DNA of 64,000 bases from Candidatus Woesearchaeota archaeon (GCA_964410025.1 CAYPFA010000004.1:11369-75368); one strand, 5' to 3'. Numbered from the stretch's first letter, positions 10,465 through 20,880 are shown. Notes: a model not told the origin generated them from the letters alone. Numbers and translations: made by a program.

Positions 10465-11691
10465 ATGGCAGAAAAGGAAAAGATAGATACAGAAGATGTA
10501 ACAAAACTTGAAACAATTAATGTTGGAACAGTTGGACATATTGACCACGGTAAAACAACTTTACTTTCAAAACTTTCTGGAAAATGGACTGATACACATT
10601 CTGAAGAATTAAAGAGAGGAATTACTATTAAGTTGGGTTATTCGGACGCTGTTGTTAAGATTGATAAGGATGGAAAATATACTACACAACAAGGCGTTGA
10701 AGGAAAACCGGTTAGATATATAACTTTTGTAGACGCTCCTGGACACGAAATGCTGATGGCTACAATGCTTTCTGGTGCTGCAATTATGGATGCTGCAATT
10801 TTAGTTGTGGCAGCGAATGAGGGAATCAAACCTCAAACGCAAGAACATTTGGTGGCGCTTCAAGCTAAAGGAATTAAGAATGTTATTATTGTTCAGAATA
10901 AAATTGATTTGGTTAGTAAGGAAGCTGCTTTTGAAAGTTATAAAAAAATTAAGGAATTTGTTAAGGGAACTATCGCAGAAAATTCTCCAATTATTCCGGT
11001 TTCGGCTCAGCAAAATATTAATTTAGATAAAATATTGGAAACACTTTGTAAACTTCCTATGCCGGACAGAAAACTCGACGCTAAACCAATATTTTTCATT
11101 GCGAGAAGTTTTGATATTAACCGACCTGGAACGGATTTGAAAGATTTGCATGGCGGAGTTTTGGGTGGTTCTTTGAAGCAAGGAAAGTTAAAAATTGGCG
11201 ACGAAATTGAAATCAAGCCGGGTTATAGTTATAAAAAACAAAATCAATTTTACTATCAAACTGTTAAAACAAAAATAGTTTCTATGCAGAAAGGTGAACA
11301 TAAAATTATTGAAGCAATTCCTGGTGGAAGTTTGGCAATTGAAACTGAATTGGATCCTTCTTTAACAAAAGCTGATGCGCTTTCTGGTTGTGTGGCTTCG
11401 CTTACGGGAAAACTGGAAGAAATTACAAGCAATATTAGGGTTAAGTTCAGTTTATTTAAGAAGGTTTTTGGAACGGAAACTCATGAGGCTGTTGGCGATA
11501 TTAAACCTTCGGAAATGTTGATGCTTAGCATTAATACTTCCACGACTGTGGGGATGGTTAAAAAAATTAAGGGAAATGAAATGGAAATGAATTTGAAAAT
11601 TCCGATTGTTCCATTGAAGGGCGACTCGTTGGGAATTGCAAGAAACATGAATAATCATTGGCGATTAATTGGTTTTGGTGAGATTATATAA
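10465..11691 (+). CDS. eif2g: Translation initiation factor aIF-2 gamma
   Basis: GHIDHGKT, 'HSEELKRGITIKLGY', 'DAPGHE', NKID, 'RSFDINRPG', 'WRLIGFG'. Confidence 0.97.
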   Translation: MAEKEKIDTEDVTKLETINVGTVGHIDHGKTTLLSKLSGKWTDTHSEELKRGITIKLGYSDAVVKIDKDGKYTTQQGVEGKPVRYITFVDAPGHEMLMATMLSGAAIMDAAILVVAANEGIKPQTQEHLVALQAKGIKNVIIVQNKIDLVSKEAAFESYKKIKEFVKGTIAENSPIIPVSAQQNINLDKILETLCKLPMPDRKLDAKPIFFIARSFDINRPGTDLKDLHGGVLGGSLKQGKLKIGDEIEIKPGYSYKKQNQFYYQTVKTKIVSMQKGEHKIIEAIPGGSLAIETELDPSLTKADALSGCVASLTGKLEEITSNIRVKFSLFKKVFGTETHEAVGDIKPSEMLMLSINTSTTVGMVKKIKGNEMEMNLKIPIVPLKGDSLGIARNMNNHWRLIGFGEII

Positions 11692-11768
11692 ATAAAAATT
11701 CTTAGATAAATAATTCCTCGAATAAAAAACATTTATAAAAGAGGGAGTATTAGTGTTTCTGAGAAGAC

Positions 11769-12254
11769 ATGATTGAATATTTTAAACCAACAAAAAGAAC
11801 AGAATATTTTTTTATTTTAATTTTAATAATTGTTTTAATTTCTTCGCTTTTTAATTTTCCAGTGTCTTCGTTGATAAAACCTTCTGATATTGAAATTGCC
11901 TACAGAATTGGCTGGCCTAAAGTGTTTTTTGAACTAACCATGACTACTAATTCTGCGGTACCAAAACTAAAAGAACTGGGTTTTGATTTGGGATTTTATC
12001 TTGCAATAGCTTATTTGCTTGATGTGTTTATGGCTTTTATTATTGGAATTGCTACGATGCCGATTTCCACAAATCCCAGAAAAGAAGATAACGATGAAGA
12101 AGTTGCTATACTTAGTAGAGAAGATGCTTACGATAAGGCAAAAAAGGCTTATAATTATTATAAAAAACAAGGAATTGAAGAAACAAAAATTATTGCAATG
12201 TTCAAAGAACGTGGTTGGACTGAAGCATATATTAAAGAGATAATAAATGAATAA
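11769..12254 (+). CDS. Membrane protein with C-terminal small helical domain
   Basis: Two TM segments; tail 'YYKKQG..ETKIIAMFKERGW'. Confidence 0.6.
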   Translation: MIEYFKPTKRTEYFFILILIIVLISSLFNFPVSSLIKPSDIEIAYRIGWPKVFFELTMTTNSAVPKLKELGFDLGFYLAIAYLLDVFMAFIIGIATMPISTNPRKEDNDEEVAILSREDAYDKAKKAYNYYKKQGIEETKIIAMFKERGWTEAYIKEIINE

Positions 12255-12691
12255 TGAAATTTAAATATCGTAAGGCTGTTTTTGTTGTTTTGTATAAAAC
12301 AGAAAAGGGTAAAGTTTTTTATCTCATACTACATAGAAAAAAACACTGGAAGGGGTTTGAATTTTGCAAAGGTGGAATTGAAGATGGAGAAACTGAAATT
12401 GACGCAGCTAAAAGAGAAACTTATGAAGAATCAGGTCTAAAGATTAAAAAAATATTTAATAATCATATTCACGGAAAATACAAATATCCTAGAAAATTCT
12501 CTGATAGAAGAGGATTTTTGGGACAAAAATATTCTGTTTATTCTGCTGAAGTTTTTCCGGGAAAGGTTAAAATTGATAAACATGAACATTCTGGATTTGA
12601 ATGGCTGGAATACAAAGATGCTTTAGAAAAATTATCTAAAGAAGATCAGAAAAAAGTTTTAAGAAAAATTGTTAAGGGCGGTTTGAAATGA
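12254..12691 (+). CDS. NUDIX hydrolase (Ap4A hydrolase-like)
   Basis: Nudix box 'GGIEDGETEIDAAKRETYEESGL'. Confidence 0.9.
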   Translation: MKFKYRKAVFVVLYKTEKGKVFYLILHRKKHWKGFEFCKGGIEDGETEIDAAKRETYEESGLKIKKIFNNHIHGKYKYPRKFSDRRGFLGQKYSVYSAEVFPGKVKIDKHEHSGFEWLEYKDALEKLSKEDQKKVLRKIVKGGLK

Positions 12692-13173
12692 AAATTGGAA
12701 TAATCGGGCCGAATAAAGTTTTTGATAAAAATTTAGACAAGGTAAAAAATTCTTTATATAGATTGGCTGGTGTTGTTGCTAAAAGCGGAAGAGAAATAGT
12801 TCTCACGCCAGATAAAAATTCCCTATTGGAATATTTTGGAACTTCATATAAATCATTTAAGGGTAAGAAGATTTGGCTAGTTATCCCAACGGAAGAAGAG
12901 AAATATAAGGATTTTTTAAATACAGAATTAGGGGAAGTAATTTCTTGTAAAGATTGGGATAGACAGGCTAATGAATTTAATCGACAAAGTGATATTTTTG
13001 TTTGTACTGGATATTCTTGGGGCGCAATGAAAGAAATGGCTTGTGCTCAGTATTTTAATAAGAAAAAAATTTATATTCTGAATGATTTTATAAAAGAAGA
13101 GTTGCCTAGGGAGTTAAATTTTTTAGTGGAATATGTTTCTATTGATGAATTAGCTGTTATATTGGGAAAATAG
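12688..13173 (+). CDS. Putative SLOG/LOG-like nucleotide-binding protein
   Basis: 'MKIGIIG', 'SDIFVCTGYSWGAMKEM' resembles the LOG-family 'GGxGTLxE' region. Confidence 0.45.
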   Translation: MKIGIIGPNKVFDKNLDKVKNSLYRLAGVVAKSGREIVLTPDKNSLLEYFGTSYKSFKGKKIWLVIPTEEEKYKDFLNTELGEVISCKDWDRQANEFNRQSDIFVCTGYSWGAMKEMACAQYFNKKKIYILNDFIKEELPRELNFLVEYVSIDELAVILGK

Positions 13174-13207
13174 TTAAATCTAAAAAACATAAAAACTATC
13201 TCATTTT

Positions 13208-13888
13208 ATGAAATTATTTTTATCTGGTGGCGGAAGTGGTATAAAAACTGAAGAGCTAGATAAACTTTTTGCTGATGCACTTGATAAAACTAAACCATTA
13301 CTGTACATACCAATTGCAATGGACACAGAAAGACATTCATATCCTGATTGCCTGAAATGGTTAACGAATGCCTTCGATAAATTTGGTGTAAAAAAATATA
13401 CAATGTGGGATGAGAAGAAAATTTATGAGAATAAAAAAGAAAATGTAAAAAACTTTTCCGGAATTTTTATCGGTGGTGGCAATACGCCTTATTTGTTGAA
13501 AATTTTAAAAGATAGTGGATTATACGGATTTATTGAAGAAGCTATTTCAAAAAATATTCCTATTTATGGCGGAAGTGCTGGGGCTATTATTTTTGCAAAA
13601 ACAATTATTCCTTCTCTGAGTGCCGACGATAATTTTGTTGGATTAAAGGATTTTAGTTCATTTAATAGGGTGAATGATTATGAAATCTGGTGTCATTACG
13701 ATTTTTCACTTGATAATCAAATTAGAGAGTATATGAAACAATATAAATTAAAAAAAGTTGTTGCGTTGGCTGAAGACTGTGGAATTATTATTCGGGATGA
13801 AAAAATGGTTATTATTGGAAAAAGTTCTGCATTTGTTTTTGATAAAGATAAAAAAGAAGAAATAAAGAATGGTTGTGAATTAAAATGA
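13208..13888 (+). CDS. Peptidase E (S51, class I GATase-like)
   Basis: 'LYIPIA', 'IFIGGGNT', nucleophile 'GGSAGA', 'WCHY'. Confidence 0.88.
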   Translation: MKLFLSGGGSGIKTEELDKLFADALDKTKPLLYIPIAMDTERHSYPDCLKWLTNAFDKFGVKKYTMWDEKKIYENKKENVKNFSGIFIGGGNTPYLLKILKDSGLYGFIEEAISKNIPIYGGSAGAIIFAKTIIPSLSADDNFVGLKDFSSFNRVNDYEIWCHYDFSLDNQIREYMKQYKLKKVVALAEDCGIIIRDEKMVIIGKSSAFVFDKDKKEEIKNGCELK

Positions 13889-14442
13889 ATATTACTATAA
13901 CTGGTCCAAGGTCTGTTGGGAAAAGCACTATTTCTAAATTGGTTGCAAAAAAATTAAAATTAAAATATATTTCTTCGGATGAAATTGGAGAAAAAGCATT
14001 AAAGGGTCAAGGAGGATTAGATGGGACGATAAAATCTGGTAAAATAAATGGTTTTATCATTTCCAGGGGAGCTTATTCGCTGATAAAGGAAGTTTATTCT
14101 ACAAAGAATAATTTTGTTTTTGATTTATCTGGCGGAAGCATAAGTACAAAAAAATTTGGAGATGCAAGTAAAGAGGTTCGAGAAATTGCAAAGAATAATA
14201 GTTATGTTATTGGGCTATTGCCTTCAAAAAATTTATTTGGCTCTATTTTTATGTTATTTCAAAGAGAACTTAAGAGAGAACATTTCAAGAGCATGAATAA
14301 ACTTTTATTATTTAGAAAAGTTGTGAGAAATTATTTAAGATTTCCTTTTATATTTAAAAACTGGGCTGATGGAATTGTTTATACTAAAACAAAAAGTCCA
14401 GAGCAAATTTCTAATGAGATAATAGGGTTTGTGAAGAAATGA
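13885..14442 (+). CDS. Shikimate/nucleoside-monophosphate kinase-like P-loop protein
   Basis: N-terminal 'ITGPRSVGKSTISKLVAKKL...ISSD'. Confidence 0.75.
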   Translation: MNITITGPRSVGKSTISKLVAKKLKLKYISSDEIGEKALKGQGGLDGTIKSGKINGFIISRGAYSLIKEVYSTKNNFVFDLSGGSISTKKFGDASKEVREIAKNNSYVIGLLPSKNLFGSIFMLFQRELKREHFKSMNKLLLFRKVVRNYLRFPFIFKNWADGIVYTKTKSPEQISNEIIGFVKK

Positions 14443-14924
14443 TAGATCGTTCTAAGTTCCCATTTAGAAAAAATGGCGAGGGGTATTTGGTTTTTGGAGA
14501 TAATATTATTTGTAGAAATACAGAGTATGGGTATATTGATTTTCCTGGTGGGGGAGTTGAGGGAGATGAAGCTTTTGAGGATGCGCTGAAGAGAGAGGCG
14601 TTTGAGGAAGCTGGTGTAATTTTTGATGGGGAGTTGAAAGAGGCTGGAGTTTTGAAAACAGTTTGGCCGGCTGATTGGGCGAAGAATGAGAAGCAGAAAA
14701 AAAGATTTGAGAAATATCAGGGTGATGAGATGCATTTCTTTATTGGTAAAGTCAAAGAATTAGTTGATCCAAAGGGCGATGGCGTTGAGGAAGGTTGGAA
14801 TATTAATGATAGAATGATGCCGATTAAGAAGGCAATTGAAATTGTCGAAGGATATAAACCGTTTCCGGCCGAACTAAAAGAATATTATGAAATTAAATTA
14901 AAAATATTGAGGGGATTAAAATGA
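14439..14924 (+). CDS. NUDIX hydrolase
   Basis: 'PGGGVEGDEAFEDALKREAFEEAG'. Confidence 0.88.
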   Translation: MIDRSKFPFRKNGEGYLVFGDNIICRNTEYGYIDFPGGGVEGDEAFEDALKREAFEEAGVIFDGELKEAGVLKTVWPADWAKNEKQKKRFEKYQGDEMHFFIGKVKELVDPKGDGVEEGWNINDRMMPIKKAIEIVEGYKPFPAELKEYYEIKLKILRGLK

Positions 14925-15997
14925 TTAGAGTATTTTTGGTTAGACATGGGGAGTCTGAGGCAAACGCAAAGTTAATTCATCAAGGACAAAAAGTTGATAC
15001 TAGTCTGACTCCCAAGGGAAGAGGGCAAGCTGAAAAAACAGCTGAAAGATTAGGCAGAGAAAAGATAGATGCTATTTATGCTTCTGATTTAAAAAGAACC
15101 AAAGAAACGGCTGAAATAATTTCAAAAAATCATAAAGTTAAGGTAATTTTAGATAAAAGATTGAGAGAATTTGATGCAGGCGATTTTATTAACGCATTTA
15201 ATGGATGGGAAGAATTTGACAAATATAAAGCAGCTGAGGCTAAAAAAAGAGGAATAAAGGATTATGAAGTTACTATTCCTGGCGGAGAAAGTGAGTGGGA
15301 TCATTTTTGCAGAATCGAAAGTATACTTAAGGAAATAATTGATTCTGGCCATAAAAATGTTGTAATTGTTGCGCATGGTGGGACCAATAGGGTATTTTTT
15401 TGGGTAATAAAACATTTGCAACACAGTGAAATTTACAACGTAGAACAACATAATTGTTGTGTTAATGAAATGGATTTTGATGATAAGAAATGGGCGGTTC
15501 ATAAAATAAATTGTTTCAAGCATTTGGATAGTGGTGAGTTGGTTGAAATCATTGAGCCTTCAGAGAAAATTTTTAGTTTGGCTAGGGATGTTCAAGAAAA
15601 GATAAAAAAAGTTCTTCCTGGTGCCGAAACAAGGCTAATAGGCTCATTTGCAGTACCGATATGCGGCAGAAAGGAGATGGATATTTTGGTGGAAGTAGAA
15701 AATATTGAAGAAGCGCAGGATATTCTTGGGAAAGCCGGGTTTTCCAAAGGTCCAATTATACAGAGAGAGGCTTTTTTAAAATTAAGAGCGGACGGTATGA
15801 TTTATGATATTCATATATTGGTTCATGGTGATAAAAAAATAAAAAGTTATGACAAGGTTATAAATACTCTAAAAGAAAACAAAAAGTTGAAAGAGAAATA
15901 TGAGAAATTAAAACGGAGTTTGAATGGAAAAACGGCTATGGAATATAAAGAAGCTAAATCAAAATTTTTAAAAGAGAATGTTTTTGGAAATAAATAA
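14921..15997 (+). CDS. Histidine phosphatase fused to GrpB-like nucleotidyltransferase-fold domain
   Basis: RHGES, 'SDLKRT', 'LRE', 'VAHGG'; C-terminal 'LIGSFAVP...KEMDILV...YEKLK...YKEAKSKF'. Confidence 0.8.
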   Translation: MIRVFLVRHGESEANAKLIHQGQKVDTSLTPKGRGQAEKTAERLGREKIDAIYASDLKRTKETAEIISKNHKVKVILDKRLREFDAGDFINAFNGWEEFDKYKAAEAKKRGIKDYEVTIPGGESEWDHFCRIESILKEIIDSGHKNVVIVAHGGTNRVFFWVIKHLQHSEIYNVEQHNCCVNEMDFDDKKWAVHKINCFKHLDSGELVEIIEPSEKIFSLARDVQEKIKKVLPGAETRLIGSFAVPICGRKEMDILVEVENIEEAQDILGKAGFSKGPIIQREAFLKLRADGMIYDIHILVHGDKKIKSYDKVINTLKENKKLKEKYEKLKRSLNGKTAMEYKEAKSKFLKENVFGNK

Positions 15998-16005
15998 TTT
16001 TAAAC

Positions 16006-17148
16006 CTAACAAGCTTTTCTTAATTCGTCTACTAAATCTAACTGCTCCCATGGAAAAATATTTCTACCAAAATGTCCATAGGATGCTGTTTTCTTGTAGA
16101 TTGGTTTTTTTAGATCAAATGTTCTTATTATTTCTGCAGGTTTAAATGAAAAAACTTTTTTAATTGCATTTTCTATTTTGTCTTCGGGAATTTTATTTGT
16201 TCCGAAACAGTCTACTAGGATAGAAATTGGCTCTGCAATCCCTATCGCGTATGAAACTTGTATTTCACATCTATCTGCAAGTCCTGCTGCAACAATATTT
16301 TTTGCTACATATCTTGCCGCATAAGCCCCGCTTCTGTCTACTTTAGAAGGATCTTTCCCTGAAAAAGCACCGCCGCCGTGTCTACCCATGCCTCCATAAC
16401 TATCTACAATTATTTTTCTTCCAGTTAGGCCAGAATCTCCTACGGGGCCACCAATTACAAATCTTCCCGTAGGATTTATATGAATAATCACCTTGTCATC
16501 TAATAGATTTCCGCAAACCGGTCTAATAACTTTTTCAACAAGATCTTTTCTTAGATATTCTAATTCCACATACGGCGCATGTTGCGAAGATAAAACAATC
16601 GTGTGTATTCTCTTGGGCTTTGAACTTTCATATTCAATTGTTACTTGGCTCTTTGCGTCTGGACCAAGATAGTCCAACTGTCCGGATTTTCTTAATTCTG
16701 CAAGTCTAATTAGAATTTTATGAGAAAGTACAATTGGCAGTGGCATAAATTCTTCTGTTTCGCTTGTTGCATAGCCAAACATTAAACCCTGATCTCCTGC
16801 ACCTTGTTCTTTATTATCTTTAGAATCAACACCCATTGCTATGTCTGGAGATTGTTTTGAAATAGAAGTTATTACTCCGCAAGTTTCCGGATCAAAACCC
16901 CATTTCGAAGAATAGCCTACTCCTTTAATTGCATCTCTGACGACTTTTTGAATATCAATTTCTGCTTTTGTTGTTAGTTCTCCGCACACCATAATAAAAC
17001 CTGTTTTTGTAATACATTCTAAAGCAACTCTGCTATTTTCATCTTTCTCTAAAAATGCGTCTAATAGCGAGTCGGAAACAATATCGCAAAGTTTATCTGG
17101 ATGACCCTCTGCTACAGACTCCGACGTAAATAAAAAATTTTCTTTCAT
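16006..17148 (-). CDS. metK: S-adenosylmethionine synthetase (bacterial type)
   Basis: '[13 protein letters not shown]', 'GAGDQG', '[16 protein letters not shown]'. Confidence 0.97.
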   Translation of the reverse strand: MKENFLFTSESVAEGHPDKLCDIVSDSLLDAFLEKDENSRVALECITKTGFIMVCGELTTKAEIDIQKVVRDAIKGVGYSSKWGFDPETCGVITSISKQSPDIAMGVDSKDNKEQGAGDQGLMFGYATSETEEFMPLPIVLSHKILIRLAELRKSGQLDYLGPDAKSQVTIEYESSKPKRIHTIVLSSQHAPYVELEYLRKDLVEKVIRPVCGNLLDDKVIIHINPTGRFVIGGPVGDSGLTGRKIIVDSYGGMGRHGGGAFSGKDPSKVDRSGAYAARYVAKNIVAAGLADRCEIQVSYAIGIAEPISILVDCFGTNKIPEDKIENAIKKVFSFKPAEIIRTFDLKKPIYKKTASYGHFGRNIFPWEQLDLVDELRKAC

Positions 17149-17190
17149 AATTAAAAATCACCAAAAGGCTTTATAATATTTATTGAATAT

Positions 17191-17210
17191 AATATTCCTA
17201 TAGGAATATT
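17191..17210. promoter_or_regulatory. Perfect 20-bp palindrome, candidate operator
   Basis: AATATTCCTATAGGAATATT between the divergent TATA boxes of metK and the HTH-CBS gene. Confidence 0.65.
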
Positions 17211-17237
17211 TAAAAATACTAGAAATTATGATAATTT

Positions 17238-17783
17238 ATGATATTTCCAGAAATAATTAGCATTAAAATCAGAAGACAAAGATTGGGCATAAAACAAAAT
17301 GAACTTGCAAAACTTGCAAACATTAGTCAATCACTGATCGCAAAAATAGAATCTGGAAAATTAAATCCTTCGTATGAAATAATGAAAAGATTGTTTACTC
17401 TTCTTGATTCATTTGAGCATAAAAATGAAAAAAAGTGTTCTCAGATAATGGTTGCTGTAATTTCTATAGAAAAAACCGAGAGCGTAAAACGGGCAATAGA
17501 TATTATGAAAAAACATTCAATTTCCCAATTGCCTGTATTTTTTAAGAAACAAGTTGTGGGCAGTATTTCTGAGGCTAGTGTTTATGCAAAAATATTAGAT
17601 GGCACTCCAAAAGATAGTTTGCTAAACTTGAGCGTAGAAGAAATTATGAGTGAGCCATTCCCAATAATAAATGCAGATTATCCTATTAGTGCTGCGATGC
17701 CATTATTAAAATCCAGCGAGGCTATATTAATCAGAGAGAAAAATAATATAGTTGGAATTATTACAAAGTCTAATTTATTTTAG
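17238..17783 (+). CDS. XRE-HTH + CBS-pair transcriptional regulator
   Basis: 'RRQRLGIKQNELAKLANISQSLIAKIESGKLNPSY' HTH; two CBS domains ('ISQLPV...VVGSISE', 'IVGIITK'). Confidence 0.92.
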   Translation: MIFPEIISIKIRRQRLGIKQNELAKLANISQSLIAKIESGKLNPSYEIMKRLFTLLDSFEHKNEKKCSQIMVAVISIEKTESVKRAIDIMKKHSISQLPVFFKKQVVGSISEASVYAKILDGTPKDSLLNLSVEEIMSEPFPIINADYPISAAMPLLKSSEAILIREKNNIVGIITKSNLF

Positions 17784-17866
17784 CAAAAAGCCAATATATT
17801 TCCTGAAAAATTGACTAATTATGGACAAGCAAACAATTAAAAACCAACTTTGTGTTGGGGCAAAAG

Positions 17867-19720
17867 ATGAATTCACTAAAAATTAGTTCTTTGGAAGAGT
17901 CGCCTAAGAATTTTAACGAAAAAATTTCTTACGAGAAGGATTTAAAGATAGTCGAGACTTTCGCAAAAGAGGATTTAGATATAATTGAAAAAATTAAAAA
18001 TAAGAACTTTGAGCCGCGAGAAATTTTGGAACTTAAATTAAAATCTGAAGAAGCTGCAAAACAATCCGAAATAAAGGAATTAATTTCTTATCCATTGATA
18101 AAAAATAATCTTGCATATAATTTGCCACACCAGCAAGATGGCGCGTTAAAAATTTTACGTGATTTGGATGGCCGAGCGCTTTTAGCTGATGAAGTGGGTT
18201 TAGGAAAAACAATTACTGCTGGAATGGTTTTAAAAGAATGCATCGTTCGTGGATTTGTGAGAAGGGCGTTAATATTAACTCCGCCATCTCTGGTCAATCA
18301 GTGGAAAGACGAATTGCTGACAAAATTTGATTTAAATTTCAAGGAAATAAATAAGGAAAACGAATGGGAAAATGCAGAATTTGCCATTGCTTCCATTGAC
18401 AAAGTTAAAAACTTCAATAATCAAACTAATCAATTTAAACATGGTGAGGCTCATGAAATTTACTGGGATATTATAATTATTGATGAAGCACATAGATTGA
18501 AAGATAAAACAACATTCAGATGGAAATTTGTAGATAAACTTCAAAAGAAAAGACTTTTACTTTTAACTGCCACACCTTTTCAAAATAATTTGATTGAATT
18601 ATATAATCTTCTTTCTCTTTTGAGAAGGGGGCATCTTGGAACAATAAGTGAATTTCGTTCTAATTTCTTGATTAACGGAAATGAAAGACAACCGCTTAAT
18701 CCTAGGGAATTAAAGAGAAAACTGTCAGAGGTCATGATTAGAAGGAGACGTGACGAGGCAAAGGGAATCCATTATATGAAAAGAATTCCCAAGATTCAAT
18801 CAGTCGAATTAACTTCCGAAGAAAAGCATGCATACGAACAAGTGGTTGATATGCTACTGATGCATTATCTTGATTTTAATGGTGTGCCAATTAATACCGT
18901 GCTTGCTGCTCACTCAATTCTTCCGAAGATAACTAGCTCAACAATGTCTTCTATGGAGTTTTTGGAAAATTTGATAGCTAATTCTAAATATCATACAAGT
19001 ACGGTTGAAATAGCTACAGATATTCTTAGGGATTTTAAGAGTCTGACTAAAGATAGTAAATTAGAAAAATTAATTGAGCTAATACAAGAAATAAATAAAC
19101 GAGACAGGGGAACTAAAATTCTCATCTACACAAAACATCCAGCTACCTTGAAATATATTACAGACACACTAGGAAAACAAAATTTTGAAATTACTGAATT
19201 TAAGGGCGGTCTTACTCCTGATGAGAAAACTAAAAGGATAGCTGAATTTAAGGAGAAAACGCAAATCTTAGTTAGCACTGAAACTGGCTCTGAGGGTTTA
19301 AATCTTCAATTTTGCTCTAATATAATTAATTATGATTTACCGTGGAATCCGATGGCTGTTGAGCAAAGAATAGGACGTTTAGATAGAATTGGACAGAAAA
19401 AAGATATTTATGTTTATAATTTGGCAACCAAGGGGACAATGGAAGAACATGTTGTTGATTTGATTATAAATAAGATGTGTTGCATTGGTTTGATTATGGG
19501 CGAACTACCTATAATTCTTTTTAATATGGGTTTAGATTCTGCTGGAACTTCTGGCTCGAGTAAATTTGAAGAAAAACTTATGCATGCGTTTTTGGATTCT
19601 AAAAATAACTTAAGTAGATTTGCTAATGAAATAGACAAGGTTGGCAATGAAATAAATAAAGGAATTAAGGAGTATGAGCAAACAAAGAAGCGTACATCGG
19701 AGTTGTTTAATGAAAAATAA
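17867..19720 (+). CDS. SNF2-family helicase (YqhH-like)
   Basis: 'LLADEVGLGKT', DEAH, 'LTATP', 'EGLNLQ', 'YDLPWNP..EQRIGRLDRIGQ'; start uncertain (17852 or 17867). Confidence 0.9.
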   Translation: MNSLKISSLEESPKNFNEKISYEKDLKIVETFAKEDLDIIEKIKNKNFEPREILELKLKSEEAAKQSEIKELISYPLIKNNLAYNLPHQQDGALKILRDLDGRALLADEVGLGKTITAGMVLKECIVRGFVRRALILTPPSLVNQWKDELLTKFDLNFKEINKENEWENAEFAIASIDKVKNFNNQTNQFKHGEAHEIYWDIIIIDEAHRLKDKTTFRWKFVDKLQKKRLLLLTATPFQNNLIELYNLLSLLRRGHLGTISEFRSNFLINGNERQPLNPRELKRKLSEVMIRRRRDEAKGIHYMKRIPKIQSVELTSEEKHAYEQVVDMLLMHYLDFNGVPINTVLAAHSILPKITSSTMSSMEFLENLIANSKYHTSTVEIATDILRDFKSLTKDSKLEKLIELIQEINKRDRGTKILIYTKHPATLKYITDTLGKQNFEITEFKGGLTPDEKTKRIAEFKEKTQILVSTETGSEGLNLQFCSNIINYDLPWNPMAVEQRIGRLDRIGQKKDIYVYNLATKGTMEEHVVDLIINKMCCIGLIMGELPIILFNMGLDSAGTSGSSKFEEKLMHAFLDSKNNLSRFANEIDKVGNEINKGIKEYEQTKKRTSELFNEK

Positions 19721-20612
19721 AATAACAAAACAAAATAAAATAATGGACACGTCAAAAGAATTTCTCTTAGAATTTTTTAAGGATTGCAATATTATCGACG
19801 ATAAAGAAGTCTTAATAATAAACAATGTTTCTCCTGAATTTGAAAATTTTGTTGGCAAAAGGGCGCCATATAAATTTGTTTTTGATATTAATATGCATAA
19901 TAAGTTTAAAGACTCTGAATTAATAATGCAGGGAAGTTATTTTTTGCTTGCAATTAAGGATTATCTTAGGGATAAGGGGCAAACTAGTTTACTTAAAATA
20001 AATATGGATCAAATTCCAAAAGAATTAAAAATAAAAAAAGGAAGTGCTAATTTTCTATATGAATTTTCTTTTTTATCTACATATCAATATCTTAATGAAA
20101 AAAAACAATCAATGTATAAAATAATTGTTAAAGATAAAGAATTGCTGGACATTGATATTTCAAAATTAAAAACTGCAAAGGGCAATAAAAACGACATTCC
20201 TATTATCGACGCTGGTGATGCCTATATAATCGCAAAAAAAAGTCTAGATGGAAAGGTAATTCAGGAAATCAAACCAATCAAATTGCTTCTAAGGGGAAAA
20301 ATAGACAAGGAGCTTTTTAGAATAAGGGATCATTACCTAAAACAAATTAAAGAAAAAGATGAAGAGGTAGAAACTTGTGCAAATAAAATAAAAATGCTCC
20401 AGGGAAAATTGAGACACACTTCTTATGAAAGAGATATTAATATTTTAAAAAGATTAATTAGGGAATCTCAAGAAAGACTTGAAATGCTAAAAAAAAGAAG
20501 CTACAAAGAACGTCTTAAAACTGAGGAAAATTTTCATATCAATGACGAAGTAGAGAAGCATGTTTTATCAATAAAAAATGTTCTAATCAATCTGACTGTT
20601 TATTATTGGTAG
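19710..20612 (+). CDS. YqhG-like partner of SNF2 helicase
   Basis: Overlaps the end of the helicase gene; coiled-coil C-terminus; start uncertain. Confidence 0.5.
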   Translation: MKNKITKQNKIMDTSKEFLLEFFKDCNIIDDKEVLIINNVSPEFENFVGKRAPYKFVFDINMHNKFKDSELIMQGSYFLLAIKDYLRDKGQTSLLKINMDQIPKELKIKKGSANFLYEFSFLSTYQYLNEKKQSMYKIIVKDKELLDIDISKLKTAKGNKNDIPIIDAGDAYIIAKKSLDGKVIQEIKPIKLLLRGKIDKELFRIRDHYLKQIKEKDEEVETCANKIKMLQGKLRHTSYERDINILKRLIRESQERLEMLKKRSYKERLKTEENFHINDEVEKHVLSIKNVLINLTVYYW

Positions 20613-20643
20613 AATTTAAATAATATGATTTGCTTTAAATAAT

Positions 20644-20874
20644 ATGGGCGGACCTGGTGATGGAAAAATTTTGATAGGGAGGGCTAATGTTTACATTCAT
20701 GAAAAGGGAAAATCTGGCGCAAGCGTTACGCATCTAGATATTGAGCTTGATGAAATTAATGATGTAATAAAACCTGGAGAAAGCAGCTATGTTGGCAGTA
20801 AAGAGGGCGGGGTTTTTATTGGGCTAAAAAAGGAAATGATTGAACGAGCTGAAAAAATTATTAAAAAGAAATAA
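20644..20874 (+). CDS. Small hypothetical protein
   Basis: 76 aa ORF with own TATA box; globular-looking composition. Confidence 0.65.
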   Translation: MGGPGDGKILIGRANVYIHEKGKSGASVTHLDIELDEINDVIKPGESSYVGSKEGGVFIGLKKEMIERAEKIIKKK

Positions 20875-20880
20875 ATTTGT

